Positions 26,799 to 36,015 are shown, counted from the stretch's first letter. The stretch is DNA of 64,000 bases from an uncultured delta proteobacterium (GCA_963831555.1 CAWHQT010000020.1:12099-76098); one strand, 5' to 3'. Made by a program: numbers and translations. The notes: a model not told the origin generated them from the letters alone.

Positions 26799-27890
26799 TC
26801 AGAACTGCGCGAGAAAGCGCGGATCGTTCTCGAAGAGCAGCCGAATATCCGGAATCCCGTATCGCACGATGGCGATGCGCTCCACACCCATTCCGAAGGC
26901 AAAGCCGGTCCACTTGTCCGGATCGATGCCGCAGTTCTCGAATACGACCGGATGGATCATCCCGCACCCGAGGATCTCGATCCACCCCGTGCGCTTGCAA
27001 ACCGCGCAGCCCGCGCGGGTACCGTCTGGGCGCTTGCAAAACGGGCAGCCCACGTCGACTTCGGCGCCTGGCTCCACGAACGGAAAGTAACTCGGACGCA
27101 GCCGGATCGCCGTGCCTTCCCCGAAGAAGCGCTCCGCAAATTCGGCGAGCACTCCCTTGAGGTGCGCGAGCGTGATTCCCTGATCGACCAGAAAGCACTC
27201 GATCTGATGGAACATGGGCGCGTGCGTCGCGTCGTCGTCGCGTCGAAAGACCGTGCCGGGCGCAATAAAGGCCATCGGCGGGGCGTGCGAGCTCATCGCG
27301 CGGATCTGCACGTTGCTCGTATGCGTTCGCAGCAAGGTGCGCCGCTCGGCCGGCGCGCCAGCCACGTTCACCCAAAAGCTGTCCTGCATGTCCGTTGCCG
27401 GATGGTCCGGCGGAAAGCCGAGCTTTGCGAAGTTGTTCTCTTCGAACTCCACCTCCGGTCCGTCGTGGACAGCGAAGCCGAGGCTGACGAGCGCGTCGAC
27501 GATCTCGTCGCGCACGCGCGAGATCGGATGAGCGTGGCCGGGCGTCGATGGGTCCCGACCGGGGAGAGTGAGATCGAGTCGCGGCGCGTTGAGCTCAGCC
27601 AGGCGCTTGTTCCGAGCGAGGACGACGAGCCGCTCGCCGAACGCTGCTTCCACGTCCTGCCGCAGGGCATTGACGGCCTCCCCTATGGGCTTGCGCGCGT
27701 CGGCCTGGACCGCGCCGAGCTGCCGGAGAATCGCCGTGAGTTCGCCCTTCTTGCCAAGGATCTTCGCGTTCTCATCGCGCAGGGCCTGCTCCGTGAGGGT
27801 CGCCTCGAAGCGGCCGCGGAAGGTGGCCCGCAAGACCGAGAGAGATCGCTCGATCGACGATGGAACCATAGCGGGATCGGTTGTGCTCAT
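26799..27890 (-). CDS. pheS: Phenylalanine--tRNA ligase alpha subunit
   Basis: The start is ATG 27890 (MSTTDPAMVPSSIERSL...). Class II motifs are present: HPATDMQDSFW, LRTHTSNVQIR, FRRD and GFAFGMGVERIA. Confidence 0.95.
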   Translation of the reverse strand: MSTTDPAMVPSSIERSLSVLRATFRGRFEATLTEQALRDENAKILGKKGELTAILRQLGAVQADARKPIGEAVNALRQDVEAAFGERLVVLARNKRLAELNAPRLDLTLPGRDPSTPGHAHPISRVRDEIVDALVSLGFAVHDGPEVEFEENNFAKLGFPPDHPATDMQDSFWVNVAGAPAERRTLLRTHTSNVQIRAMSSHAPPMAFIAPGTVFRRDDDATHAPMFHQIECFLVDQGITLAHLKGVLAEFAERFFGEGTAIRLRPSYFPFVEPGAEVDVGCPFCKRPDGTRAGCAVCKRTGWIEILGCGMIHPVVFENCGIDPDKWTGFAFGMGVERIAIVRYGIPDIRLLFENDPRFLAQF

Positions 27891-28048
27891 CGGCGGCGAC
27901 TGGCAATAGCATGGGGGCTGCGCACTGCGTGCGTCCGCTGTGGGTGTGCGCGTACACGCGGGTGCGTCGTGCGTCGTGCGGCTGCAGGCGTGGGCCGTGC
28001 TTAACTCACCGACTCGGAAACCCGTACGCCATGTAGAGGTTTGCCCCA

Positions 28049-28531
28049 TTGACGCTGCATAGCCCCGGGTCCCCGGACGCGCTCGACGCGGACACCGAAG
28101 AGGTCGAGCTGGACATCCCGGCCCCGGCGGCCATGCCGAGCGACACCGCTCCCGTGGTCATGGTGGTGGACGATGACGCGGACATTCGCGCGATGCTCGT
28201 TCGCGCGCTCGGCGTGACGTACACGGTTTATGAAGCGCGCGACGGCGAAGAGGCCCGCCAGATTCTCCAGATCATTCCGACCCCTGACGCGCTCGTGTGC
28301 GACATCATGATGCCGCGGCTGGACGGGATTGGCCTCGCCAAGGCTCTGCGCAAGGAGCCTTCGCTCGCACGAATGCCCATCTTGTTCTTGACGGCAAAAG
28401 GCTCCCCGCTCGACGTCGTCAGCGGTATCAATGCGGGCGCCCGCCACTACGTGACCAAGCCCTTCAAGATCGCCGACGTGCTCGCGAAAGTTGCGGCGAT
28501 GACCGGGACGGCGAAAACCGCCAAACGCTAG
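28049..28531 (+). CDS. Stand-alone response-regulator receiver domain (CheY-like)
   Basis: VVMVVDDDADIR has the acidic pocket. DALVCDIMMPRLDG has the phospho-acceptor Asp. LTAKG and KPF are present. The start is TTG 28049, or ATG 28133 for the core domain only. Confidence 0.85.
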   Translation: MTLHSPGSPDALDADTEEVELDIPAPAAMPSDTAPVVMVVDDDADIRAMLVRALGVTYTVYEARDGEEARQILQIIPTPDALVCDIMMPRLDGIGLAKALRKEPSLARMPILFLTAKGSPLDVVSGINAGARHYVTKPFKIADVLAKVAAMTGTAKTAKR

Positions 28532-28696
28532 TTCCGCCCGTCGGAAAGTCCTACCGGACTTCCGACGCCGCTGCGCGGTCGGCTGCGCCGAGGCGAAACT
28601 ATCTTGTTTTCCCGGGGCTTCGCCCCGGACCCCCAAAGCCGCTCCCGCGGCTTTGCTGGTGCCGTCGACTCCGGCCGAACTTATGGCGGACGGCAC
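28532..28696. repeat. Structured intergenic repeat, copy B, with an extra 29-nt hairpin insert
   Basis: Like copy A, it begins right after a stop codon with ttccgcc. Positions 28568..28696 match 7981..8108. The extra segment cgtcggaaagtcctaccggacttccgacg is itself an imperfect hairpin. Confidence 0.85.
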
Positions 28697-28698
28697 TA

Positions 28699-29899
28699 GT
28701 GCCGCTCGGCAGAAATTTGGCCCTTGGAATCAGGGCCTGATAGCTGCGAGGTCATGATTGATCCGAGACCGTGGGTAACACGACCCCACCGCGGTCCTCG
28801 GGCGACGCCGCTGCCCCTCTCGCCGGAGCATCGCGAGGCGGTAGAGGCTGCGATTCGCCCGGCGACCGCGGAGAAACGCATTGTATTGCGCGGCATGGCG
28901 CTGCTGGCCATGGCCGACGGCTTAAGCATTGTGGATACGGCCAAAGCCCTGCACGTCAATGACCGCACGGTCCGACGGTGGCGCAAACGCTTCAAGGATG
29001 CGCAAGACTCGGTCGCTGCGCTGGCGGACGCCCCACGATCGGGACGGCCGCCCTCTCTCTCTCGGCAGCCGACGCCGCGCGCATCGAGAGCCATGCGTGC
29101 AAGCCGCCGGGCGACGTTGGCATTCCGGTAACGCACTGGTCGGCGGCGCTGCTGGGCGCGCATGTCCGCGCCGAAGGGATCGAGACCAGCGATCGCACCG
29201 TCGGCCGAATCTTGGCGAGCGCCGATCTGCAGCCCCATCGGCAGAAGATGTACCTGACGTCGCATGACGAAGACTTTCGTCAGAAGCGCGACGACGTGCT
29301 GCATGTCTACTACGACACACCGAGCGACGAGCACATCGTCTGCTTGGATGAAAAGACCGGCATGCAAGCGCTTGAGCGCAAGGTCGCCGACTTGCCGATG
29401 GAGCCCGGGCAGCCCGTACGTCGCGAATTCGAGTACATACGCCATGGAACGCTCTGCCTGATGGGGGCCTATGACGTCCGCAGTCGCAAGCTCTTCGGCT
29501 TTCTCTCCGAGGATCACACTGCCTTGACGTTCGTCGACCTGCTCGATGTGGTCGACCAGTCCTACCCGCTCGGACGCGGCCACCTGATCTTCGACAACCT
29601 TTTCGCCCATGACACCGACGACGTCCTCGACTGGTTCGAGGACCATCCCCGCTGGACCCCACACTTCACCCCAAAGCATGCCTCTTGGCTCAACCAGATC
29701 GAATGCGCCTTCTCCATCCTCGGCCGACAAGCTCTCGCACGGGCCTCCTTCGGCTCTCTCGACGATCTTCGCGAGGCCATCTACCGCTACCTTCTATGGT
29801 TCAACGCGCAGGACAAACCGCCGTTCCGTTGGTCCTATCGTCCAAAGTCTTGGCACCTCGCCATGCCAAACTGAGGACAAAACCTCTGCCGAGCGGCAC
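28699..29899 (+). mobile_element. IS630-family insertion sequence (1201 bp)
   Basis: There are 14-bp perfect terminal inverted repeats: gtgccgctcggcag at 28699..28712 and ctgccgagcggcac at 29886..29899. A TA duplication flanks them (28697-98 and 29900-01), and both junctions read CTAG. The element encodes an HTH plus DDE transposase. Confidence 0.9.
28754..29874 (+). CDS. IS630-family transposase split over two frames (orfA 28754..29131, orfB from ~29053 to 29874)
   Basis: orfA has an HTH (IVDTAKALHVNDRTVRRWRKRF) and ends ...PRSGRPPSLS. orfB continues SAADAARIESHACKPP...THWS and carries the DDE region (VCLDEKTG...IFDNLFAHDT...WLNQIECAFS). The switch lies at the (CT)5 run, 29053..29063. Confidence 0.85.
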
Positions 29900-30009
29900 T
29901 AGTAACTAGTGCCGCTCGGCCGACGTTCTGTCCTGACTTCGACCGCCGCTTCGCGGCCGGTTCGCCGGGGCGGCCCCCGGCTTCTTCGCAACGCCCGCTA
30001 AACACCCCC

Positions 30010-30375
30010 TCAGGGCGACGCGGGTGACCTCGGCAAGACGGCGCCAACGATTTGCCCGAAGGCCGCTGCGTCGGCGACTGCGATATCCGCGAGGATTTTG
30101 CGATCGAGGACCACTTGCGCCTTCTTCAGTGAATGCATCAAGCGCGAATACGTCGTGCCGTTCAGCCGCGCGGCAGCGTTGATGCGAGCGATCCAGAGCC
30201 TGCGAAAATCGCGTTTGCGGAGCTTGCGGTGGGCGTAGGAATAGACCCACGCCTTCATCACGACTTCCTTCGCGTACGCGAAGAGGCGCGAGCGCGCACT
30301 ATGGTAGCCCTTGGCGGCTTTCAGAACGCGGTTGCGGCGGCGGCGCGCCTTGAATCCTCGTTTTGCGCGGGGCAT
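30010..30375 (-). CDS. rplT: 50S ribosomal protein L20
   Basis: [70 protein letters not shown] is the canonical L20 sequence. Confidence 0.97.
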   Translation of the reverse strand: MPRAKRGFKARRRRNRVLKAAKGYHSARSRLFAYAKEVVMKAWVYSYAHRKLRKRDFRRLWIARINAAARLNGTTYSRLMHSLKKAQVVLDRKILADIAVADAAAFGQIVGAVLPRSPASP

Positions 30376-30385
30376 CGATTATCCC

Positions 30386-30583
30386 TCAACCGTACGGGAG
30401 AAGGCGCTTGACGTGCTTCTCCATTGACGTGTGGACCATGTCATTCTGACGCAGGCGCCGCAGCCGTTTGCGCGACTTCTCCTGCATCCCATGGTTGCCG
30501 CCCGCCTTCGGACGGCGAACGCGACCCTTGCCGGTCACCCGGAAGCGCTTGGCCGCGGCCTTTTTGGTCTTCATCTTCGGCAT
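30386..30583 (-). CDS. rpmI: 50S ribosomal protein L35
   Basis: The start is the internal ATG at 30583 (MPKMKTKKAAAKRFRVTGKGRVRRPKAGGNH), 65 aa. The track ORF extends it artificially. Confidence 0.95.
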   Translation of the reverse strand: MPKMKTKKAAAKRFRVTGKGRVRRPKAGGNHGMQEKSRKRLRRLRQNDMVHTSMEKHVKRLLPYG

Positions 30584-30646
30584 GTGACTACCTTGCTGGC
30601 AAGGGAGCGGCAAAATGGTCGCAAATGCGCGACCTGTCAAGCTTGA

Positions 30647-30719
30647 CTGTCACGTCCAGGGAGCGATGCCGCTCCACCTCGAGCGAGCTCCCCAGCAGGA
30701 AAGACACTCGTTTCCTACG
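30647..30719. repeat. Hairpin repeat family, copy R2 (variant subtype)
   Basis: ctgtcacgtccagggagcgatgccgctccacctcgagcgagctccccagcaggaaagacactcgtttcctac aligns with R5 at 57599. Confidence 0.7.
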
Positions 30720-30839
30720 TCGCGTGTCCGGCGTAGCCGGGTGGGGGCTGGTCGGTGCTGGTCGGTAACAGCGTCACCCCACAAGAAAGACGTGCCCTTT
30801 GCGTGTGCCGCTGCGGGTAAGGCGGGCCGATTGGCGCGG

Positions 30840-32702
30840 TCAAATTCGGAGCATAGCTTGGAAGTCAGCAACTAGGCGAATCATGGCGGCTTGGGCTCGG
30901 GCGGTCGCTCGCGCGACCTCTCCGTCGCCTCGGGTGTCTTGGTCGAGGCCGTCGCCTCGGGTGTCTTGGTCGAGGCCGTCGCCTCGGGTGTCTTGGTCGA
31001 GGCCGTCGCCTCGAACCTCCTCGTGCACGTCGAAGTAAAGCTTGGCCTTCGGCTCTGTACCGCTCGGGCGCGCGATGATGCGAGCGCCGGACGCGAGGTC
31101 GTACGCAAGAACGTTGCTCGGCGGCAGCGAGAGCATCTCGATTCGCGCCCCACGTCCGCTTGCCCGCACGGTGCGTCGGCCAACGGCGTAGTCGGTCACG
31201 GCGACGACTTCGTCCCTCCCAATCCTAGCCGGTGGGCATGCGCGGAGACCGTCCATCATGGCCCGGACCGCTGCGGTCCCGGTGATGCCCTTGCGAGTCA
31301 CGGTCGCTTGCGCGCTCGCGAAGACGCCCCAGCGACGCGCGATTCGGTCGAGGGCGTCCAGGATGGTCAGACCTCGCGCGCGAAGTACGGCGGCAACCTC
31401 CGCCACCAGAAGACCCGCCGAGATGCCGTCCTTGTCACGCACCGCACTCCCCACGCAATAGCCAAGGGCCTCCTCGTATCCGAACACGAAGTCGTAGCCC
31501 GCGTGCTCGAGCTCGATCGCGCGAGCGGCGATCCACTTGAAGCCGGTCAGCGTCTCTTCGTATCGGACGCCCAGGTCGGCCGCGATTCGTCCCAGCCAAG
31601 GCGACGACACGATCGACGCGACCACCGCGCGCGGCTTCTGCGTGGTGCTCTCGTCGGGACCCTTCTCGGTCAGCAGGTAGTGGCCCAAGAGCACGCCAAC
31701 CTGGTTGCCCGTGAGCTGCAAATACTCGCCGCGCCGTCCGGCCCAGGGAACGGCGACCGCAAGCCGGTCGGCGTCGGGGTCGTTGGCCAATACGAGGTCC
31801 GCACGGCTTGCGCGCGCCAACGCAAGCGCCAGGTCCATGGCACCCGGTTCTTCGGGATTCGGGAAAGCGACGGTCGGAAACGCGCCGTCTGGCTTTTGCT
31901 GCTCGCGAACGGTTGTCACGGCGGTGAACCCCGCCTGGTGAAGCGCCCGCCGCATGAGCGCGTCCCCCACGCCGTGAAGCGGCGTATACACGATACGCAA
32001 ATCGCGCTTTCCTTCTGTTGGGTGAACTCCCAACCCAACGATGGCATCGACGTAAGCTCGCTCCGCGTCGTCCGGTGGCGCGGCCAGAAGACCTTGCGAT
32101 ACGAGCGCATCCAGGCGGGGGCGCGGGATGCTCCGAGCCGGCGGTGCGCAGTTCATCGCCGCGGCCACACGGTCGTCGATGGGCGGGACGATCTGCGCCG
32201 CATTCTCCCAATAGACCTTGTAGCCGTTGTATTCAGGCGGGTTGTGGCTCGCGGTGATGACCACGCCGGCCGCGGCGCCCACGCGTTTCACGGTGAAGCC
32301 CACGAGAGGTGTGGGCGCCGGCACGCGAAAGAGCATGACCCGTAGCCCCAGAGCGGCGAGAATCGCGGCTACGTCCTCGGCGAACTCGGGGCTCATTCGT
32401 CGAGCGTCCGCCGCTACGACGACTCCGCGCTCCGCTGCCCTAGGCACCGCCTCCAGGAGCACGCGCCCGAGGCCCCACGTGGCCCTGGCGACCACGGCTC
32501 GGTTCATTCGGTTCGGGCCGGCCCCAAGCACGCCGCGCAACCCTGCCGTGCCGAACTCGAGGCCGCCCGCGAAGCGGTCTGCCAGGTCCGTCCCCGCGAG
32601 GTCCGGCTGACCGAGAACGGCCCGGAGCTCCTCTTGCGTCGTCGCGTCCGGGTCGTCCGCGATCCACTGCTCCGCGCGGGCGCGCAAATCCGCCAGGTTC
32701 AT
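30840..32702 (-). CDS. Alpha-D-phosphohexomutase (phosphoglucomutase/phosphomannomutase family) with a C-terminal repeat insertion
   Basis: The start is ATG 32702 (MNLADLRARAEQW). The active-site loop is TASHNPPEYNGYK. The metal loop is ANDPDADR. Domain 4 has ARPSGTEPKAKLY. RGDGLDQDT x3.5 precedes the last helix. Confidence 0.9.
   Translation of the reverse strand: MNLADLRARAEQWIADDPDATTQEELRAVLGQPDLAGTDLADRFAGGLEFGTAGLRGVLGAGPNRMNRAVVARATWGLGRVLLEAVPRAAERGVVVAADARRMSPEFAEDVAAILAALGLRVMLFRVPAPTPLVGFTVKRVGAAAGVVITASHNPPEYNGYKVYWENAAQIVPPIDDRVAAAMNCAPPARSIPRPRLDALVSQGLLAAPPDDAERAYVDAIVGLGVHPTEGKRDLRIVYTPLHGVGDALMRRALHQAGFTAVTTVREQQKPDGAFPTVAFPNPEEPGAMDLALALARASRADLVLANDPDADRLAVAVPWAGRRGEYLQLTGNQVGVLLGHYLLTEKGPDESTTQKPRAVVASIVSSPWLGRIAADLGVRYEETLTGFKWIAARAIELEHAGYDFVFGYEEALGYCVGSAVRDKDGISAGLLVAEVAAVLRARGLTILDALDRIARRWGVFASAQATVTRKGITGTAAVRAMMDGLRACPPARIGRDEVVAVTDYAVGRRTVRASGRGARIEMLSLPPSNVLAYDLASGARIIARPSGTEPKAKLYFDVHEEVRGDGLDQDTRGDGLDQDTRGDGLDQDTRGDGEVARATARAQAAMIRLVADFQAMLRI
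30924..31013. repeat. Perfect 27-bp tandem repeat, 3.3 copies, in frame inside the phosphohexomutase gene
   Basis: The unit gtcgcctcgggtgtcttggtcgaggcc occurs at 30924, 30951 and 30978, with a partial copy at 31005..31013. No mismatch is visible. Confidence 0.95.
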
Positions 32703-32712
32703 GGGCACGGGG

Positions 32713-33984
32713 TCAGGGATTGAAGTCCGGCGGAGTCGTGGGCGCTGGGGCAGTCGCGGGCGGAGGTGCGGGCGCACGCGCGGCCAGAGGGGCGTGGGCG
32801 GGCGCTGGCGGAGGCGCGATTGCGGGCGGTGGCGGCGGCGGCAGCTTGGGGGGCCCCCCGGATGCCGGCTTGTGGGCTGGCTTCGTGTCCTTCGTGTCCT
32901 TCGTGTCGACGTTTTCGTCCTTGGGCTTGGTGCGATCGGTCGTGCCAGCCACGACGGGCACGCTCGGCGCCGGTGCCAACGCGTCTCCTTTGGTCACGTC
33001 GAACGCGGGCGCGGTGTTCGGATCGCAACCCGGACCGAATCCTGCGGCGTCGAAGTCGCTCGCCACGCTTCCCGTTCGGATCGAGTTGCCTTTCAGGTCT
33101 TTCTCCGCCGCCTCGATGCGAACTTGGTGCTTTCCGGCGCGCGACGGCGAGCAATACGATAAGAGGTAAAAGCTTCTCGTGCGTCCCTCCACTTTGGCGC
33201 CGACTTCGTCGAACGCCTTCACGATGGCCGTCTTGTCCGCGGCCATGGCCGTTCCGTTCTTTCCGATGGCCGCGAGCTCCGATGGCTTGATCTCGGCCCC
33301 CAAGCCGATGGCAAAGACGTCGAACGGAGTATCCCGAATGCGCTTTTCCATCACCGCCGTAGGGACGCGATTGGCGCGATCGGTCCCATCGGTGAAAACG
33401 ACGAGAGTGCCGAATTTCAACGGCTGGGGTGCGCGACCGAGGGCGGTCTGCAATTGATCGAGGGCGCTCAGGATCGCTCCGTTCAAGTTGGTGCTCGGAT
33501 CTTTGGGCTTGAACGTCGCGAGCTCACTGACCCCGGCCTTGGCGCCGCCCGGCTGGTCGGTAAAGGCGGCCAGCGGGTGCAGGTCGGCTTCGCCGTCGAA
33601 GGCGTACATGCCGACCTTCTGTTGTTGCGCGACGCGATCGGTGAACGTGCCGACCGCTTGGACCAGAGTCTCGACCGCGCCGCTTTCGCTCACGCTACCG
33701 CTCATATCGACCAGCAGCAGCGTATAGTGAGCGGCGGCCACCTCCGGATTGAGGATCGTTTGCTTGCTCTCGTATTTCGAGACCAGCTGCGAATCTTCAT
33801 AGATGCGGAAATGATCCGCTGTCAGGCCGCCCACGGGGTCGCCCGATTCGTCTTGCACTTTGAAGTAGATGGCGACATTGCTCGGCCTTTGCTGTGCCGT
33901 CTTTACGGTCGACAGAGTCAGCTCGGCGCAGCCGGCGTTGAGGATGAGCAACGAACCAAGAACCAATGCGAACGCAATTCTCAC
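32713..33984 (-). CDS. vWA-domain lipoprotein with a Pro-rich C-terminal tail
   Basis: GTG start. MRIAFALVLGSLLILNAGC gives the lipobox. The MIDAS motif is LLLVDMSGSVS. VVFTDGTD is present. The tail contains DTKDTKDTK and poly-Pro. Confidence 0.85.
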   Translation of the reverse strand: MRIAFALVLGSLLILNAGCAELTLSTVKTAQQRPSNVAIYFKVQDESGDPVGGLTADHFRIYEDSQLVSKYESKQTILNPEVAAAHYTLLLVDMSGSVSESGAVETLVQAVGTFTDRVAQQQKVGMYAFDGEADLHPLAAFTDQPGGAKAGVSELATFKPKDPSTNLNGAILSALDQLQTALGRAPQPLKFGTLVVFTDGTDRANRVPTAVMEKRIRDTPFDVFAIGLGAEIKPSELAAIGKNGTAMAADKTAIVKAFDEVGAKVEGRTRSFYLLSYCSPSRAGKHQVRIEAAEKDLKGNSIRTGSVASDFDAAGFGPGCDPNTAPAFDVTKGDALAPAPSVPVVAGTTDRTKPKDENVDTKDTKDTKPAHKPASGGPPKLPPPPPPAIAPPPAPAHAPLAARAPAPPPATAPAPTTPPDFNP

Positions 33985-34139
33985 GGAGGTACTCTATCGC
34001 AGCTCGGCTCTCCACCGCGAAGGTCTGCGCATGACCCAATCCTTGGTGCGCGTTTTACCGTCCGCCTACCTCGCGCCTACCCCGTTAAAATGCGCGTGTT
34101 CGCGTTCGGCGACCGTTGGCGCGTTTCGCGCGCCGCCGT

Positions 34140-34715
34140 TCAGCGCTCGACCGCGAACGAATGAACGATGGCTTCGCAGGTCGATCGGTAGCGCTCGAAT
34201 GCGTCCGCGGAGACGGAGCAGGTGACGACGTACCCCGTGCCGCGGGAAGCCAGGTTGGCCTGCATCGTGCGGTACGGCACGTTCGCCGGTGCAATGGCCG
34301 ACCAACGCGATTGGACGACCAGGGTCGGGTCCCCATCGATGACTTCTTCGCTCGTGGTCTCGACAGAAGCGCGGGGGTCGTGGTGCAGCTCCTCGACGCT
34401 GGCTTTGGCGTACGCGTAGGATTCGCCGACGAACGGCTCAGTGACCACGTTGACGCTCGCGCGAAAATCGTCGACGGGCTGTGGATCGACGAACGACCAT
34501 ACGCCCGGCTCGCCGTGCTGCGGATCGTGCCACGTGGCGGGAGTGACCAGGCGCCAACTGCGGCCCGCCTGTTCGGCGAAGCCAGCCGGCAAGGGGGGCC
34601 TGACGAACGAGGCGACGTGCGGATGATCGCCGTGCTTGCAGCCCCCCGCGGGCGCGAGAGCCAGGAGCGCGGTCGCGAAGCAAGCGGCGGCGTCGAGTCG
34701 CTCCATTTGGCTCAT
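34140..34715 (-). CDS. Small lipoprotein, function unknown
   Basis: The start is the internal ATG at 34715 (MSQMERLDAAACFATALLALAPAGGC). It lies 1 nt after the PP2C stop. The 408-aa track ORF is an artefactual extension. Confidence 0.6.
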   Translation of the reverse strand: MSQMERLDAAACFATALLALAPAGGCKHGDHPHVASFVRPPLPAGFAEQAGRSWRLVTPATWHDPQHGEPGVWSFVDPQPVDDFRASVNVVTEPFVGESYAYAKASVEELHHDPRASVETTSEEVIDGDPTLVVQSRWSAIAPANVPYRTMQANLASRGTGYVVTCSVSADAFERYRSTCEAIVHSFAVER

Positions 34716-34716
34716 T

Positions 34717-36006
34717 CTATCGCTTCCGTCTCTTGGACTCCGTGGGACTCGCCTCGAGCGGAGCGATTGGCTCGCCGGCCGGCACGGCGGCCGAGGGGAG
34801 GACGACCGCCTCCGGGGCAAGCGTCGTCGGGCCGCCGCCAACCGCGGCATCGACCGAAAGGATACCGCTGGCCGGTTCGCTTCCGGCGTTCCTCTTGCCA
34901 CTTCGTTCCGCGAAATGAAGGAAAAGCACCGCGCCGAGAAGCGCGGCGGCGACGCATGCGAGCGCGAGGCCGACCGCCACCAACGCCGTGTGCGACCGGC
35001 TCGCGCTCGCCGGGGGTCCGGCAGCGGCCGGCTCGCTCTGCCATGGCGCCGAACCGGCCAACCCGACCCGTGGCCCCAAGGAGATCGGCGCGGCCCGCAG
35101 AGGTTCCGTGACGGGCACCGTTTTCGCGTTCGCTTCCGCGGGCGCCGGCAGAGCGGTCGCCTCGAGAATAGGGCCTTGTGGCGCGCTTGTTTGGGCGATC
35201 GTGGCGGCGACTGCCGCAGCGGCAGGCTGCGGCGAGATGGCGCTCTCTCTCGCGCGCAGCACGACCACCGTGATGTTGTCGTGACCGCCGCGGGCGTTCG
35301 CGAGATCGACCAGCTTGCCGACGGCCTGCGCCGCAGGTTCACCGGCGACGATCGCCAGGATTTCACGGTCCTCCACCAGATCGCTCAGCCCGTCCGAGCA
35401 AAGCACGAAGGCGTCTCCGGCCCGATGATGAACGGGAAACGCGCGCGCCTCGGGCTCGACTTCGGCCGCGATCCCGAGGGCGCGCGTGATCCGGTTTGCG
35501 TCCGGGTGACGGGCGGCCTGCTGCGGGGTGATGAGGCCTCGATCCACGAGCTCCTGAACGACGGAATGATCCCGAGTGACGCGGAAGATCTGTCCCTCGT
35601 GCACCAGGTAGGCGCGGCTATCGCCGACGTGCGCAATCTCCGTCCCGTGGGCGTGCAGGAGGGCGGCGACGAGGGTGCACCCGGGGCGACCGGCGCCCAT
35701 TTCCGCGGGGCGCATTGCGAAAACTCCGTGGTTGGCTTGCACGATGGCCGAGACCAGCACCTGACTGGGCGCGACTCCCTCGGCCGCGTGCTGGAAAGCG
35801 TCGAGGACCGTGGACACGGCTAGCGCTGCCGCTTCGCGTCCGGCGGCATGACCTCCCATTCCGTCGCACACGACGCAGAGGTGCCCGAATCGGGTCTTGC
35901 GACAGACGCACGCGTCTTCGTTGACTTGCTTGTCCGGGTCGCGCCCGGGGTCCGAGCGCTCGGCGTACTCTATTGCCGGCAGCACGGGCGACGGATGCGT
36001 TTCCAT
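34717..36006 (-). CDS. PP2C-family Ser/Thr phosphatase with a C-terminal TM segment
   Basis: NEDACV, VCDGMGGHAAG, VGDSRAY, LCSDGLSD and ARGGHDNITVVV are present. The TM is ALVAVGLALACVAAALLGAVLFL. Confidence 0.9.
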   Translation of the reverse strand: METHPSPVLPAIEYAERSDPGRDPDKQVNEDACVCRKTRFGHLCVVCDGMGGHAAGREAAALAVSTVLDAFQHAAEGVAPSQVLVSAIVQANHGVFAMRPAEMGAGRPGCTLVAALLHAHGTEIAHVGDSRAYLVHEGQIFRVTRDHSVVQELVDRGLITPQQAARHPDANRITRALGIAAEVEPEARAFPVHHRAGDAFVLCSDGLSDLVEDREILAIVAGEPAAQAVGKLVDLANARGGHDNITVVVLRARESAISPQPAAAAVAATIAQTSAPQGPILEATALPAPAEANAKTVPVTEPLRAAPISLGPRVGLAGSAPWQSEPAAAGPPASASRSHTALVAVGLALACVAAALLGAVLFLHFAERSGKRNAGSEPASGILSVDAAVGGGPTTLAPEAVVLPSAAVPAGEPIAPLEASPTESKRRKR

Positions 36007-36015
36007 GTCCCGCGG

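Noticed and set aside
27891-28048. pheST attenuator or Phe-rich leader peptide upstream of pheS
   Set aside because: There is no short Phe-rich ORF. The region is a CA/CG-rich low-complexity tract (cgcacgacgcacgacgcac...) with no obvious terminator/antiterminator pair.
30924-31013. Possible CRISPR array, given the regularly spaced identical 27-bp units
   Set aside because: The units are directly adjacent with no spacers, lie in frame inside a coding region, and no cas genes are present. It is a tandem repeat.
34716-35366. Extension of the small lipoprotein ORF to 408 aa
   Set aside because: It overlaps the PP2C gene in another frame and is Arg/Pro-rich. The signal peptide and lipobox start at ATG 34715.
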